Positions 23,779 to 37,400 of a stretch of DNA of 64,000 nt are shown piece after piece. Source of the DNA: Camelus ferus (taxonomy: Eukaryota); NCBI RefSeq assembly GCF_009834535.1, contig NC_045697.1:7256001-7320000 (forward strand), in the 5' to 3' direction. Positions within the stretch are counted from its first letter, which is position 1, and each line of letters starts with the position of its first letter. The notes beneath the pieces were generated by a model that was given only the letters and a program-made list of their open reading frames with translations, did no database searches and had not been told where the DNA came from. Made by a program: the position numbers and the translations under genes.

Positions 23779-26700
23779 GACTCCTGCTGCTTTGTTGTAT
23801 ATTATATACATTCAAAACATGACATTAAAATTTTATTTCATGTTACAGAAAAGACATTAGGGCTTTATATTATTTACATGAGATAAGCAAGTCCTTGAGA
23901 TGTAGCTATTTGAATAAAAAGTCAATATGCTTTCCCTCTTTTTTATTTTTTTCTGTAAAATGTGTTTATCAAAACACTGAAGCATGAATTTAAGATGCCA
24001 CCCTCAACACGTCTTCAAAGAGCTAAAGAATCACTAAAATGAATGTCTGTCTTTGTCTTGAAACCTGATTGGTGTTTACGGGATGAATGAATGAATTGAT
24101 GACTAGCTCATAACTACATCTAATTCAGTGTTTTGTTTCAGGTTGAACTGTTTCCAGCTACCTTGGATTCTTTACACATTATATCATGCGAGTAGCAATT
24201 TACTTAGTAAGTTTAATAATTTTAGTAAATTTAAATTTAGTAAATGTAGTAATTAAGGAAATTTAGTCATTTGACTTTAGTATAAACAATGTAATGTATA
24301 TACATACACCCGAATTAACTCTAGTCTATACTCAGTGGCAGTTAAGTTGCTTTGGAACTGGATCAGGGACCACGAGCACACAGTAGCTATTTACAAGTGC
24401 TTCACATATCATTATCAAAATTTATATAAAAGGATCCATTAATTAGCATGAGGCATATTGGAAATAATTTTTCACTGGCAAAATTAGTAATGTTCAAAAT
24501 ACAAGACTGGCAAGAAAGGCGGCACAAGTGGCAGTGTCCTTGCATAAATGAGGGATCAAATTCCAGCAACTCAACCTCCCGGCCAGTCACCTTCACAACA
24601 TCTGCATCCAGTGCTGCCTTTGGTGTTTTCATATATTGAAGGTCTCTCTTGCTTGACCTGAGCAGAGAGATGGTTTAATCCTCTGCAAATTATTAATGCA
24701 TTTACCTCTGACCTCTTAGCATTCTTTTTTTCTTTTCTTTCTTTTTCTATTTATTTTGCAAAGTGTCTGTTAGTGGGCCTGAATTGACCAAGTGAGGATT
24801 GCATTAAAAAAAAGTTGGACCACATTTTTGCCTAATAAATCTTTTAGTGGTTAAAAGAAATTGGCCTGAATGTTATTTCCTAACACACTTTATCGTTGTC
24901 AACTTGTTAGCAAGGGGATAAAGAGCTCCCCCCTCTTTCTAACTGCAGCAGGCTACTACTATTTAGCAGACTTAAATACTTAGCCATATTTACCCCCAAA
25001 TCATGCCAGTCACTAAATGGACAGTTTACAACAACACATTTATTCAACATCCCTCTCAGCCATCCGTATGACAGTAGTCAGTCTTTCCACGTGCCACCAG
25101 CGTGGTATTCACAGGCTTAGGGAATACTGGATTTAACAGTCTTTACAGACGTCTTTCTATAATGTTCTGGCGTGAACATTCTGTTCACTATCAAGCAACT
25201 GAAGGAAGCTCTCTATTTGTCCTTCCAAGTTCCTCTCTCTGGGTTACTGCTATTTTTTTCTCTCTGATAGATATTCATTCATTTATTTATCTGTTCTCCA
25301 AACATCTTTAATGCCCTAAATAAAATAAAAATACATGTCAGGTAATAGGAGAAGTGCTGAGTCTACAGTGATACATGAGACATATTTGATAAGATCGACA
25401 AAAAGCCATGAGTCGTGGAAGCTGATGGGTAACGGGGATTCTTCATATTATTTTCTCTGTCTTTCTATAGGTCTTAAATTTTCCATGTTTAATTTAAAAG
25501 TGATGAAAGAATAAACTAGAGCTTTGGCAGTTGAAAAAATAAGATATATTTGAGAAACATACACGCACACACACAGAAATAGAGATACAGAAAGAGATTC
25601 AGAGACTGAGCAGAGAAACAATTACACAACAGCATGATATCTTTTGTGTGAAAGAGATAGTTTATGTCATTGTTTTCAGTCATAAAAAAGGAATTTCCCA
25701 TCCTGAGAGAGGATCCACCACCTCCACGCCCCCATCTGGTGTTGTCCTGAAATTTGTGAAATGTGCTAACGATGACTCGTGAAGCCTCAAGTACTAGCCT
25801 ATAACTTTAACATACTTGCTTATTTCACAGGTTCCAAATCATTTTCCAGTTTAAAACTTAAACTCAGCAAACTATTATTTTTGAAAGACGCTTAGAGCAA
25901 AACAGGATTTTAACACGGAGACAAAATCAGGTTGCCAACACTCCCCCAGAGCCAGAATATCTGTCAGCAGAGCCACACCACCTACGTGTCCCTGAGGCCC
26001 CATGGCCCAGTTTGAAAACTGCAGCCCCTCTCTGGGTCCCTAGAGTCCTCCTCTGCCCCTTGGAAGCCCGATTTCTTCTCTCAGGCATGTCCTGACTGCT
26101 GGGCATCCAAAGCCGAGCTGCGGAGGAAGGAGGCAAATCCATGTGGGCGGCTGAGAGGAGGAGGTTCAATTGAAGTGTATGCACCCTAGGAGTCAGCTTT
26201 ATTCAAGAGCTCCCTGATGTATAAGACAGCAATTGGGTGACTGGTATTTTCTAGAATAGACTCTAAGTCTGCATCTTTCACTCAGCTTTTGCACTTCTGG
26301 AATGATGAGCATTGGTGCATTAATTTATTCAGCCGAACTTTCTTGAGGCACTCAGATACCAGAACTCATGTTTTATAGACTCAAGAAATATGTCACTTTG
26401 TTTGCGATAGAGACTTAAAAGATCTTGTCATGCTACTTCTGCTTTAAGACAGCAGTCTGAGGGAATATTCACTTCTCTTACCCCTTTTGAAATTTATGAT
26501 CAACAGCAGCAAAAATTGAGAAATCTGACTTCAATAAAAGGAAATGACCATTGCTCCAAAATAAATCTTCTGAAGATAATGTGTTCAATATAGAAACATG
26601 TGGGCAGGCTGTTAACTGACACTAGTCTCCTCAGGCTTTGGGCAGAGTATTGATTTCCTTCAAAATAAGTGTCACAGTCCTGAAAGTCCCATCCAATGAA

Positions 26701-26819
26701 TCTTTGATTAATGATATGGAGAAATATCAGGAGACCAAAGGAGAAATGGACAATGTTGTCATTGAAGCCAAATCTCATTGCATAGATCCGTAAGACAGGT
26801 GCTTTGGAAGGAGGGGAAG

Positions 26820-26852
26820 ACACCCACACCCACACCCACACGCACTTACACC

Positions 26853-26893
<41 letters not shown>

Positions 26894-26894
26894 A
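26820..26894. repeat. (CA)n microsatellite with degenerate CACACC flank
   Basis: Direct tandem repeat. Confidence 0.95.
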
Positions 26895-26921
26895 CTCTAC
26901 ATTATTATTGTTTAAGACCTC

Positions 26922-27481
26922 CAGGGGTGGATAAACTACTGACTATCTGGTACACTCTCATGTTTATTTAAAACTCTTGAGCTAAGAATGATTTTATATG
27001 TTTAAATAGTTAAAAAAAAAAAACAAAAGACTATTGTTATAATCTGAATATTTGTGACCCCTCCCCCACATCCTGCCCAGTTCAGATGCTGGAATCCTAA
27101 TGCTAAGTGCGATGATGTCAGGAGGTGGAGCTTTTGGAAGGTGCTGAGGTCATAAGGGCAGAGCCCCCATGAATGGGATTTGTTCTCTTATAAAAGAGGC
27201 CCCACAGAGTTTCCCAGTCTCTTCCACCATGTAAGGACATGAGGAGAAATCTGCCATCAGGAAGAGGGCCTTCACATTACCATGCTGGCACCCTGATCTC
27301 AGACTTTCCAGCCTCCAGAACAGTGAGAAATAAATATTTGTCGATTTTAAGCCTCCCAGTTTATGATATTTTGTCATAGCAACAACCCAAATGGACTAAG
27401 ACAAATATGAAACAGAGACTATGTACCCCACAAAGCCTGAAATATTTACTATCTTGACCTTAAAAATGTTTGTAATGCCTA
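26922..27481 (+). mobile_element. MER58C-like DNA transposon split by an MLT1A LTR
   Basis: Left half caggggtggataaactac..gagctaagaatgatttt; right half aatatgaaacagagactatgt..caaagcctgaaatatttactatct. Confidence 0.8.
27035..27403 (+). mobile_element. MLT1A-type MaLR solo LTR
   Basis: TG...CA ends, 5-bp TSD actat/aatat, cccccatgaatgggatt, ccagcctccagaacagtgagaaataaat. Confidence 0.92.
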
Positions 27482-27724
27482 ACTGATGGCACACACTGAC
27501 GGAGATAAGTTGGAGCAAATAGAGAAAAAAGACCAATGATTCTAGATTTCCAACACAAAACTTGCAATTAGGGGATTTTTAATTGGAAGAATGAACATGA
27601 ATAGAAACATAAGCAAACAAGCTTAAGGAAATTACAAAAGATGAAGTGGAAAATAACCATGTTAAGTTTTAGTGAAAACATTACAGACAAGGAAGCTAAT
27701 CAAAGATAATATGTAAATTATTAT

Positions 27725-27905
27725 AATAATGTAATTTAGTACTGTTTTACATTTAATAATTCATATAATTCTCACAACAACCCTATGAAGTCGACTGACA
27801 TTTGACAAATGAGAGAAACTGAGGGATAGAGAGGTTAAGTACTTTTCCAAGGTCACATGTCAAGTAAGTAAAGAAGCATGGATGTGACCCCATTCTCTGA
27901 ATCGC
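27725..27905 (-). mobile_element. MIR SINE
   Basis: ctcacaacaaccctatgaag...gaaactgagggatagagaggttaagtacttttccaaggtcaca. Confidence 0.8.
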
Positions 27906-28567
27906 TACATGATAAGGCCTAGAATAACAAACATGTCTAAATATAGAATAGGAAAAAAAGTATTTAAAATTAAAGATTATACTCTACACATTGGGAAGGA
28001 CCCCTGTATCCTGGACTTGGGCTAGGGGACAGAGTGTGATACAGAATGATTCAGCAGCCTACGTGGTCAAATCATCTGACGGACCTCAAATTCTTCAACA
28101 AGTTTTAATGCTAGGGGCGGGTAGACTGTCTACACAAAATGAAGAAAAGAAATTGCAATCCCATAATTCTTCATGTATAAAGGCAACAGGCATACAATCT
28201 CTATCATAAAAAGTCAGGAAAAAAACATCTGTTCCCCCTCATGGAAAACACTTGATGACAACATGCCATCAAGCAAGGGACGTACATCATGATGAAGAAG
28301 TCTCAGAGGAAGCCCGCAGGGTGCTGGTCTGATGGTGAAATCAAATTAATCTGAACAGAAAACTCTGCCTAAACCAAGTGTGAATGTTGGATATAGGAGA
28401 TCATGTGAATAGTTCAGACCTCATCAATGTAAAAGTGACATAATTCATAGAATTCAGAAGATTTTGTTGTTATAAGAGGTAGGAGAAATTTGAAGTTAAA
28501 ACCACCATATCAGTAAAAGTATTTACTAGTACATTATTGGAAAAACAAAAATTGAAGTACAGATACC

Positions 28568-28963
28568 ATATGAGCTTGCCAGGGCTTCCATAACCTTGTA
28601 CCACACGCTGTCTGGCTTGAACAATAGAAACTCATTTTTTCACAGTTCAAGAGGCTGGAAGTCCAAGATTAAGGTGCCAGCAGGTTTGATGTCTCCTGAG
28701 GCCTCTCTCCTTGGCTTGCAGACGGCTACCTTTTCCTGTGTCTTCACGTGGTGTCTCTTCTGTGTCTTCTCACTCCCCGGTATGTTTAAATTTCCTCTTC
28801 TTAGAAGGACACAAGTCAGCTTGAATTAGGGCCCACCCCAAAGTCCTTATTTTAACACAGTCATCTCTTTAGGAACCCTATCTCAAATATAGTCACATTC
28901 TGAGTTACTAGGTGTTGGGGTTTCAGTGTATGAGTTTTGAAGTGACACATTTTAACTCATAAC
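28568..28963 (-). mobile_element. MLT1B-type MaLR solo LTR
   Basis: gaggctggaagtccaagattaaggtgccagcagg, gaggcctctctccttggcttgcagacggc, tagggcccaccc. Confidence 0.9.
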
Positions 28964-29731
28964 CAATACTCTATTTTGTTATAGTATTTTATACATATAT
29001 ATAAGTATGATCTTTTAAGAATTGTAAATACCACACAAAAAAAAGTTTCTGAAATTTAAACATTTCTTGAGCTTCGTGAATTTATTTATATTCTACTAAA
29101 TATAGGGAAGGTTAAATAAAATTTTTATTAGAATATGATTAGGTGATATATGTGCATTTTTTATTAAATTATTTCCATTTACCCTTGTTCCTACAAATAT
29201 GCATAGAGAGATGTCTAAAATGATGTTCACTAATTGTTGATAAAAATTATTTTTGAGATTACTAAATTTGTGTTATTTTGGGTGATTTTTGGTTGTCATT
29301 TCTACTATGTTTACTTGAATTTGTATTATGAGGAATATGACATTATTATGAAAGCAGAGGAGTTAGTTAGGAATAATTAGAACATTGTAAGAGGTATATT
29401 AAGGCCTACTGAGAAAGCAAAATTAAAAAAAAAATTACAGGTTTCCTTGGAAAGTCATGGAGGGCTTCCTTGTAGAAATTTGTTTGGATTTTAAGGATTC
29501 AGTAGAAATTGTCCACAAAGAGAAAAAAAAAAAAAAAAGCTTGGGCTAAATAATGCCATTTCTCTAGGAAAAAAAAAAAAAGAAAAAAAATGCCATTTAA
29601 GATATGGATGACTTGTTGAATATATTCAGAGGGATGCTATATGATGATACTAGAAAGTTTGCATATGCTGTTTTAAGGAGTTTGAATTTCAGTTCATCTT
29701 AATGGGAAGCCCAATGGAAGGATTTAAAGAT

Positions 29732-29954
29732 AAAGGTGCCAATTGTTTAAAAATAATGGATCAGATAGTAAATATTTTAGGTCTCCCTTCAGCCTCTGTC
29801 ACAGCTACTTAACTCTGCCACTGCAGCATGAGAGCAGCCATGGACTTTGCCTAAATGAGGGTGTGACTGTGTTTACAAAACTCTCATCAGAATTTTATTT
29901 ACAAAAAGCTACAGCAATGCCATTTGTCTTGGGATCATAATTTGTCAAGTACTG
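29732..29954 (-). mobile_element. MER58A DNA transposon
   Basis: cagatagtaaatattttagg..tctgtcacagctacttaactctgcc..gcagccatggac. Confidence 0.8.
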
Positions 29955-30316
29955 GGGTAAAGAAAGGGAGTGCTGTGGTTAGAGCTGTATTTTAAATTGC
30001 CTATTCTGGAAACTCATCATGAGGATGAATTTAAGGAGAGACTGACGGTTCCAAAGTTAGGAATTGGCAGGACCACATACATATCCCCATTTGAGTTCCA
30101 AGCCTAGTTCATTACCATTTAAAACGTGTATTTGTCTCCCTGCTCAGTCTTGAGGTCCTTCAGGTCAGAGGCTGTACATCCATTATTGTTATCCTATTGT
30201 GCTCTTATTTGGGGCCTTGTGCTGGAAAGATGTTCATGAATATTTATATATTTAATGAATAAGTAAATTGGCTACTAATTGGATAAGTAGGGAAGAGAAG
30301 CAAGATATTTGTAGTC

Positions 30317-30520
30317 CATTGTTTCCCAAACTTCAGTTTTTCTCATACCACTTTCATTTTTTTAGTCATTGCAAAATACTCCTTATATTTGTGTAATACT
30401 TTTATTTAAATTATTTTCTTTTAAACAATTCTAGACTATTTACTTTAAAGGAAATTTTAAGATACTTCAGTACTTAGAAAACCAGCATTGCTTGCTATAT
30501 TTGGGAAACAAAATTGTATA
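30317..30520 (+). mobile_element. hAT-Charlie DNA transposon fragment
   Basis: Terminus cattgtttcccaaacttcagt...taccac followed by AT-rich Charlie-like internal sequence. Confidence 0.55.
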
Positions 30521-30864
30521 CATAGACATAAAAGTAAAAATGACTCATATCTACTAAATTAATCTTCCATATTGTCATGTCAAAAATATTGATCTAACAC
30601 AATAATACCCTTGCTTTATAGGATAGAAATGTTGATTCAAGTAAGAATCATGGCTAACTCAAGGGTACTGAGCAAAGGAGCAAAAGAACTGAGTCTAGAC
30701 CAGTTTCCCTGACTCTACACTTCTGAATCAGTCAGGCTTCAGAACAAGGAACAGAAAACACCCTAAGCAAAAAGGGATACAAAGAGCAGAAATAGGTCGT
30801 TACAGAATTTCTGGGTTCTAGACTTAGTTTCCAGGAATGACTATGAGTACATTGTAGATATGGC

Positions 30865-31334
30865 TGTGTAAGTTTCCTATTGCTGCTATAACAAATTACT
30901 ATAAATGTTGTGCTTTAAAACAGCATGACCTTATTGTCTTACAGTTCTGGATGTCAAGTTCAAAATGGGTCTCATCAGGCTAAAATCAAGATGTTGTCAA
31001 GGCTGCATTCTTTTAGAAGACTCTGGGACAATCCATTCCCTTGCTTTTTCAAGCTTCTAGAATCAGCTCACATTCCTTGCTTCATAGCCCCACATAATTT
31101 CAACTGCTTCCTTTGTCACCTCTCCTCTGAGCCTTGCTGTCCTGTCTCCCATCTTTCACTTACATTGTGATTATACTGGGCCCATCTAGGTAATCCAGGA
31201 TAACCTCCTCATCTCAAAATCTTTCATTTTACCACATCTTCAAAATCCCTCTGCAACATAAGGTAGCATATTAACAAGTTCTGAGATTTAAACATGGACA
31301 TCTTAGAATGGGGGGCATTATTCAGCTTGTTACA
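30865..31334 (-). mobile_element. MLT1D-type MaLR solo LTR
   Basis: tttcctattgctgctataacaaattac, ggctaaaatcaagatgttgtcaaggctgcattc, gggcccatctaggtaatccaggataa. Confidence 0.9.
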
Positions 31335-31377
31335 GTGACTTACCAAGTTAGACTGTTTTCTTAAAGTAAAACGCGAG

Positions 31378-32068
31378 GTGTTCCTTCCTTCTCTATTTTC
31401 TCAGTTTGTATACAATTGGTATTTTTTCCCCTATTAATGTTTAATGGCATTCTCAAGCAAAGACTTCTGGGTATGGATTTCACTTTTAAATTTCTTTAAC
31501 AAATATATAGGTATTATAGATTTTTAATTTCTTCATGTAGTCATTTTAGTTATTTGAATCTTCTTGTAGTCATTTTAGTTATTTGAATCTTTTAAGAAAT
31601 TAGTCTATTTTACCCACGTTGTTGAATTTATTGATTTAAATTTGCACAAAATATTATCTTATTATTTTAATATCAAAAAATCTCCAGTGATATCTATTCT
31701 TCTATTCCTGATATTCTTATTTGTGAGTTTTGTTACTTTTTTTCCTTTTTTCCCCTGATTAGTTTTGCTGTGGGTTTATCAAGTTTATCGATCTTTTCAA
31801 AGAAGCAAATTTTGCTTTTGCTGATTTTCTCAGTTTATTTCAGCTTTCAATTTTTTTTTATTTCCTCTCATGTCTTAGTTGTTTCCTTTTTCTACACGCC
31901 TTAGGTTTATTTTACCCTTCTTTTTAAACTTTGGCATATGGGAAGTAAGATAATTAATTTTTACTCTTTTTCACCTAATATATTCATTTATGGCCGTAAC
32001 TTTTCTTCTGGGTACTGTTATAGCTGCCTCTCAAACTTTTTGCTATGTTGTATATTTACTATGACTCA
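31378..32068 (-). mobile_element. Old L1 ORF2 fragment
   Basis: T-rich antisense ORF2: gggtttatcaagtttatcgatcttttcaaagaagcaaattttgcttttgctgattttctc. Confidence 0.8.
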
Positions 32069-32104
32069 GTACAGTTAATTAATTTAACAATTAATTAATT
32101 AACT

Positions 32105-32520
32105 TTAAAAATATACAACTATAATCAAACAGTATTCTAAACACTTAGAATATATCAGTAAGCAAAGCAGAGAAAATATTTTTCCCTTCTGGCAATTATA
32201 TCCAGTAAGTTAATCCAGAGAATTGGCAAAAAAATAAACTAGCAATAAGTTATAAAGTACTATGGAAAAACACCCAGAGAAGTATTTGGGTTTCAAGGAT
32301 TGGGAGTTGCTGCAGATCACTCTGTTAAAACAGACATCACGGTGGGTTTAACTGAGATGTTAACACTTAAGCAAGACTTGAAGTAGGTGAAGGCATTAAC
32401 CTTGCAGATTTCTGGGTGAGGGCATTCAGGCAGAGGAGAAAAATAAGTGCAAAATTCTGTAAGGCTGGTACATCCCTCTTGTGTGCGAGGAACAGCAGGA
32501 AGCCAGGAAGGTTAGGGTAG
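32105..32520 (-). mobile_element. L2 fragment
   Basis: cacttaagcaagacttgaag, ggcattcaggcagagg..aagtgcaaa, gaggaacagcaggaagccag. Confidence 0.7.
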
Positions 32521-32589
32521 AATTAACTGTTAGTCATCCTCCTCTATTTTCTTAGCTCAACACAAACAAACCACATTTCCCTGAACTCT

Positions 32590-32860
32590 CTGGGTGGGAT
32601 CACATTTCCTGGTTATACATTCCTGTAGATTTTTGTACTCTCCTTTCAGGGCACTTATTTTAATTTGTAACTATATATTCATGTTAAGTATTTGATTAAA
32701 TTCTTTATGTTCCACTAGAGTGGGTGCACCAAGGGCACAAAGATTTTGTTTTCATATTGTGTGATCCTGAGTGTAGAACAGGGCTTGGGCTTTGTGCAGA
32801 CTAAATGCATATTGGTTTTCTCATGGATTTAGTGGATGAATGGTTGGAGGGGTTGATGGA
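32590..32860 (+). mobile_element. L2 3' end
   Basis: ccactagagtggg, gtagaacagggcttgg, ggatgaatgg tail. Confidence 0.6.
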
Positions 32861-33906
32861 TACATGCATTGTTAGGCAAATCCTCCCTACCAACTCCTAC
32901 CAACGAATGAAGTTTTCCATTTATGAGCTCTATATCTACAAACAATCATCTGGGCCCTACCACCTTCTATTTTGGAATAAAAAAAAAATGAGAGATTTTG
33001 AAGACCAGCAATCCAAACCTTAGATTCCCAGAGACATTAATAGATCCCAGTGGAAAAACATCATCAATGATAGGATATTTTTCTTATAAAGTGTATCTTT
33101 TAAAATAAATATAAGAAAATATATTAAATATATTGAGAGTAGTTCTTGCTGCATGTTACAATCTATCTTTAACATAAGTTGGGCCACACTTAGGAAACTC
33201 AAAGGTCATAGTGGATGTCCTGATGTAGGAGCATGTAGCAACAACATTGGACCTGTCACCAGTCAGGTTATATGCAATGGATCCAAGGTTTTCTGGTCTA
33301 AATTATATATATATACACCTTATATTTTCACTTTACATTTGTAATATTACTCAATGCTGGTTTGCAAATTAAACTTCACTACTGAGAAAATGTGTTCCTT
33401 TGTAACTTGCTGAAAGACATTTTAAATCAAAAGTATTCATTGCTTTGCATGATCATTTTTTATGTTCCATGAATAAAGTGTAGCTTTAAAAAGTTCCTGA
33501 GATCACACGTATTGGAAAATGCCAGCCCCATATTCGTGTTTCAGATGAGGAAACCGAGGCTCAGACAATTTAGTGTACTCTTCCATCCAGTGTAACTCCC
33601 TCATCTACAATTTCATGTTTTCTTCTTAGTACTTCGTATCGTAAATGCTTGCTTAAAAGCTCCGTCTCTCTTACGTTGCTATTAGTCACACCAAGGCAGA
33701 AAGTGGGCAAAAGACGTTTTCTGTCTTACAGAGCCTAGACTTGTCTGAGTCCTTAAGGGCTTCGCAATGTGGTTGTCTGCAATAGGACTAAATCCAAGGT
33801 ATTATTTTTACTAAAGCATTCCCACTGTTTTTATCATTTGAGCTTTAGCTCTTCTGAAAATTATTTTCAATATTTTTCTCATTGACCTGTCAAAGTATAT
33901 TATGGC

Positions 33907-34008
33907 TATATATATATATATATACACACACACATATACATATAAACTTCTAAAACTGTACCATATATAAACATATTCAAGAAGATATATAGATAGATAG
34001 ATAGATAG
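33907..34008. repeat. (TA)n(CA)n and (GATA)n microsatellites
   Basis: Direct tandem repeats at about 33907-33935 and 33985-34008. Confidence 0.85.
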
Positions 34009-34039
34009 AGTCAGCAGTTTAGAGTTACATACCATTTAG

Positions 34040-34440
34040 CCATGATTATTTCCTTAAGATAAATTTCTAGAGATAATTATATTAAGTCAAAGAGAAAAAG
34101 TTTTAAATATGAGTCTTTTATACATATCTCCATAGTTATTAGAACACCTGTTTCCATAAACTTTGCAAATATTGGATTGCATCATTCTTTTTTAAAAAAA
34201 TCAATATAGTTTATTAAGAAAGGAAATCTCACTTTTGTATTCTTTTGGTTCACAAGGAAATTGAACTCCTTCTTGGATCATTGTGTTTTTTTTGTGCTCA
34301 TATGCTTTTCCCATTTGTCTACCTGAGAGTGAGTGGGAGGCATTTATCTAGTTAGTTAAATATGATAGCTCTTTATATTTTATCTTCATATTTTAAAGAT
34401 ATTTTTCTGTCATATAGTTTTCACATTTGTTTCCCATGTT
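34040..34440 (-). mobile_element. L1ME-type remnant
   Basis: atttccttaagataaatttctagag, cacctgtttcc, ttttcccattt, agctctttatatt. Confidence 0.55.
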
Positions 34441-37400
34441 AGACTTGTAGCATTGCAAAAGGAAATATCATTATTTAACTGCTCCAAGGCAATTAGCAAC
34501 ACATGGATTCTTCCAGTAGGAGGAAATAACAATATTAAATAACCTTTAAATAACAGTAAGTGTTAAAAAAAATCTCCAAAAATCTGTTTACAGTTAAATG
34601 ATAGTCTAGTTTGGCAATAACATATTGAGAAATCACTATATTGCATTTAAAAACATGTTTTGACATTTGTCATGCCTTCTCCGAAAAATTTGTTTCCTCC
34701 ATTGAGCCTCCAGTTCTTCAATATGGAGAGTCTGGATTCAGCTATTCCTAATGTCTGTCCCAGCTTTGAATTTCTACTCACCTACATCATTCAGCTCTGC
34801 AAAGAATAATCCCACTGGATCACTCAATCGGCTAGACCTTCCGTCTGTACAGTGCATTCAGCAAATATTCATTGAATGGTGCACATTGTTTTAGATGCTG
34901 GAGTTAAAGCAGTAAACAGCACAGAAAAAGTCCCTGCCCTGTGGTACCTACGGAGGAAAGAAAGACAGCAAACAAGCAACCTGGTGACTTGTGTACCAAG
35001 GATAGTGACAGAGAGAATGACAGGGATGCTACTCAGAGTGGACGGACAAGGAAAATCTCTCTGAGGAATGCATCATTTATTTTTTACCTCTGGCTCTCTT
35101 TATAACCTAGTAAAGGAGTTCATGTGTAGTGGGGCGGGGAAGATTTTATATTCATTTTAGATATATTTTACTAAACCCACCTGTGGACTGTTCAGTGAAA
35201 TTTCCTGTATTAAACCCATCCCTCAGGTCCATCTTATTTCTATATACTCTGTAAAACATCTCCTTGATTATACTTAGTTGCAAATTAATTATCCCCTACT
35301 TCATGGTCTCAGTCTACTTTGCAAAAGGTCTCTCCAGTTGGGTAAGAGGCACTGAGCCATGAATAAAAGAAATTTCACGTGCCTGGGTCCACAGCTGTGC
35401 TAAACTTTCCTTTAGGTCTCCTTCTGCCCTCCGTTGTCTGGCACAGTCCTCTAGCTGACCACTATCATTATCTTCTTCTTCCTTCTTCCTGGAGGAAGCA
35501 CTGTGGGGCGCATCCATGCCTGGCCCATGAAAACGTCTTCACCTTCGTGTTCTTTTTCAATTCAGGCAAACTTCTTGTTGGAGTTGTTAGAACTGCCATC
35601 CTCTTGGGTCCCTGAAACAATATATAGAGCAGATATATACCCCAATTCCTCTACTCCAAACCTATGTGTGTGCTAGAAATGCCCTTGCATAATTTTATTC
35701 TGTAGAGGCGTTACAGTTTGGGTGTATATATTGCAAACTTTAGCTAGCTACCTTAACCCATATCCTCTGGCAGTGGCTATCAAATAGTATACCCTGCATG
35801 AATGGGCACTCAATGAAAACTTAATTTGATGACTCAAAATTGGGAAGAGCATATGGAGTAGCAGAATTAGAATTCCATGTATATTTTCCAGCTCCATGAC
35901 TCTCATCCCCTTTGTAGCATAAAACTTCTGCCAAGAAAGCCCTACTAAAGATTGAGATAATTAAGTACCAGTGGAGAAGATAATCTGAAAAACATCCACT
36001 TCCTGCCTTGCAAGTTGGATCATTAACTGGTTTCCTCATCATTTTTATCTCAACTTTTGTTTACTTATTCTCTTAGTTAATGCCCATCAAAGTATTTACT
36101 CAGATTTCCTCACCTGTTTCCCATATTTACTCTCTTAACTACAGTATTATATTTTATCCAAGTCTGTTACTTTCTCCCAATTCTGTCTTGGCCTATTTTA
36201 CTTCTTAACATCCTGATCTATTATCTGAGCAATCTATCAACACCATTCCTCTCAACTTCCAGAGATCAGCTAAACAGTCAAGTTCCCGACAGAAATCTTG
36301 TGTGATGGCGCAGAATGGAGTCTAGACCTCCATGAAGAACAATGTAACTAGAAGAACTTTCTCTGCCCAAAGCATTTCACGTATGAAAATAGAGATATGG
36401 ACCAAAATTATACAATAACGAGTGCTGGGAACTGAAGGAGGTGGTTATGGTGATAAAGTCCCTTCTTTCCTGTTCCTTTTTTTTCTTCTTACTGAGTGAG
36501 GAAAACTGAGGCCCAGGAGAGCTTGATGACTTGTGTAAGATCTCATGATAATGGCTGAGAAGAAAATCAGTTCAGTGCCTGTTACAGAAGGAATCAGAAT
36601 CCAGAGGATTTCCATTCTGGAAAGGACTCTGGCAATGGGATTAACCCTGAGATTCCATTCTAGGGACAGAGTGCACAAATACTGTCAGTTACCCAGACGC
36701 CTTGCATCTGTCATCTCCAATCCTGATAACATCCCCATGATGGAGGTATTGTTATCTTCATTTCAAAAATAAATCAGGTTGGTACTAATTGATGTGAAGA
36801 AACTTACACAGACATTTAACGATTTGCTTACTTGGGATTTAACTTCAGGTCTTTCCGGAGACCAAGAATTTCTGCTTTTATCTGACATGGTGTCAGAATT
36901 GTTCTGTGAAGACTCAAAGCACATTGTCCAAGATTTTAGCCAGTCTTTACAATAGCCTGAAAATACTAAACTGTTTCCTCATTCTAAATAATCCTCTAAT
37001 TTATTCAGTGTATTCATCCAGAGGTTCTCTCATTAATAAAACCATCTTTTATATCAAGACATTTGCAACCTAAATGAGAAAGACATAAATAATATTAACT
37101 ACATTATTAAATGCTCAGCTTACACTAACTTTAAATTTTGCATTCTGTCCTTTTGAAATGAAGGGTTTTTCTCTATCAATTCATTGGAGTTTTATTGGAT
37201 TGAGTAAGATAGGCGATCATTCTTTGTAATCAAGGAGGGTATTCAGATGGTAGTTCTCAAATTCATTTGTATTTAATCATTTATTTATTTACTGATTTGC
37301 TTATTTCTTCCTAATAAGCTGTAGTGTAATATATAGCATGTGGTCACTAAGTCCTGAGTGACAGACTGCCTGTCTTCACACTTAAATGCATGGCCTTGAG

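Noticed and set aside
23560..23886. SFL- and ERKK-repeat ORFs
   Set aside because: Translations of the TTCC/TTTC microsatellite
24200..24290. Recurring TTAGTA motif
   Set aside because: No regular period; low-complexity AT-rich sequence
26083..26092. p53 half-site AGGCATGTCC
   Set aside because: No second half-site adjacent
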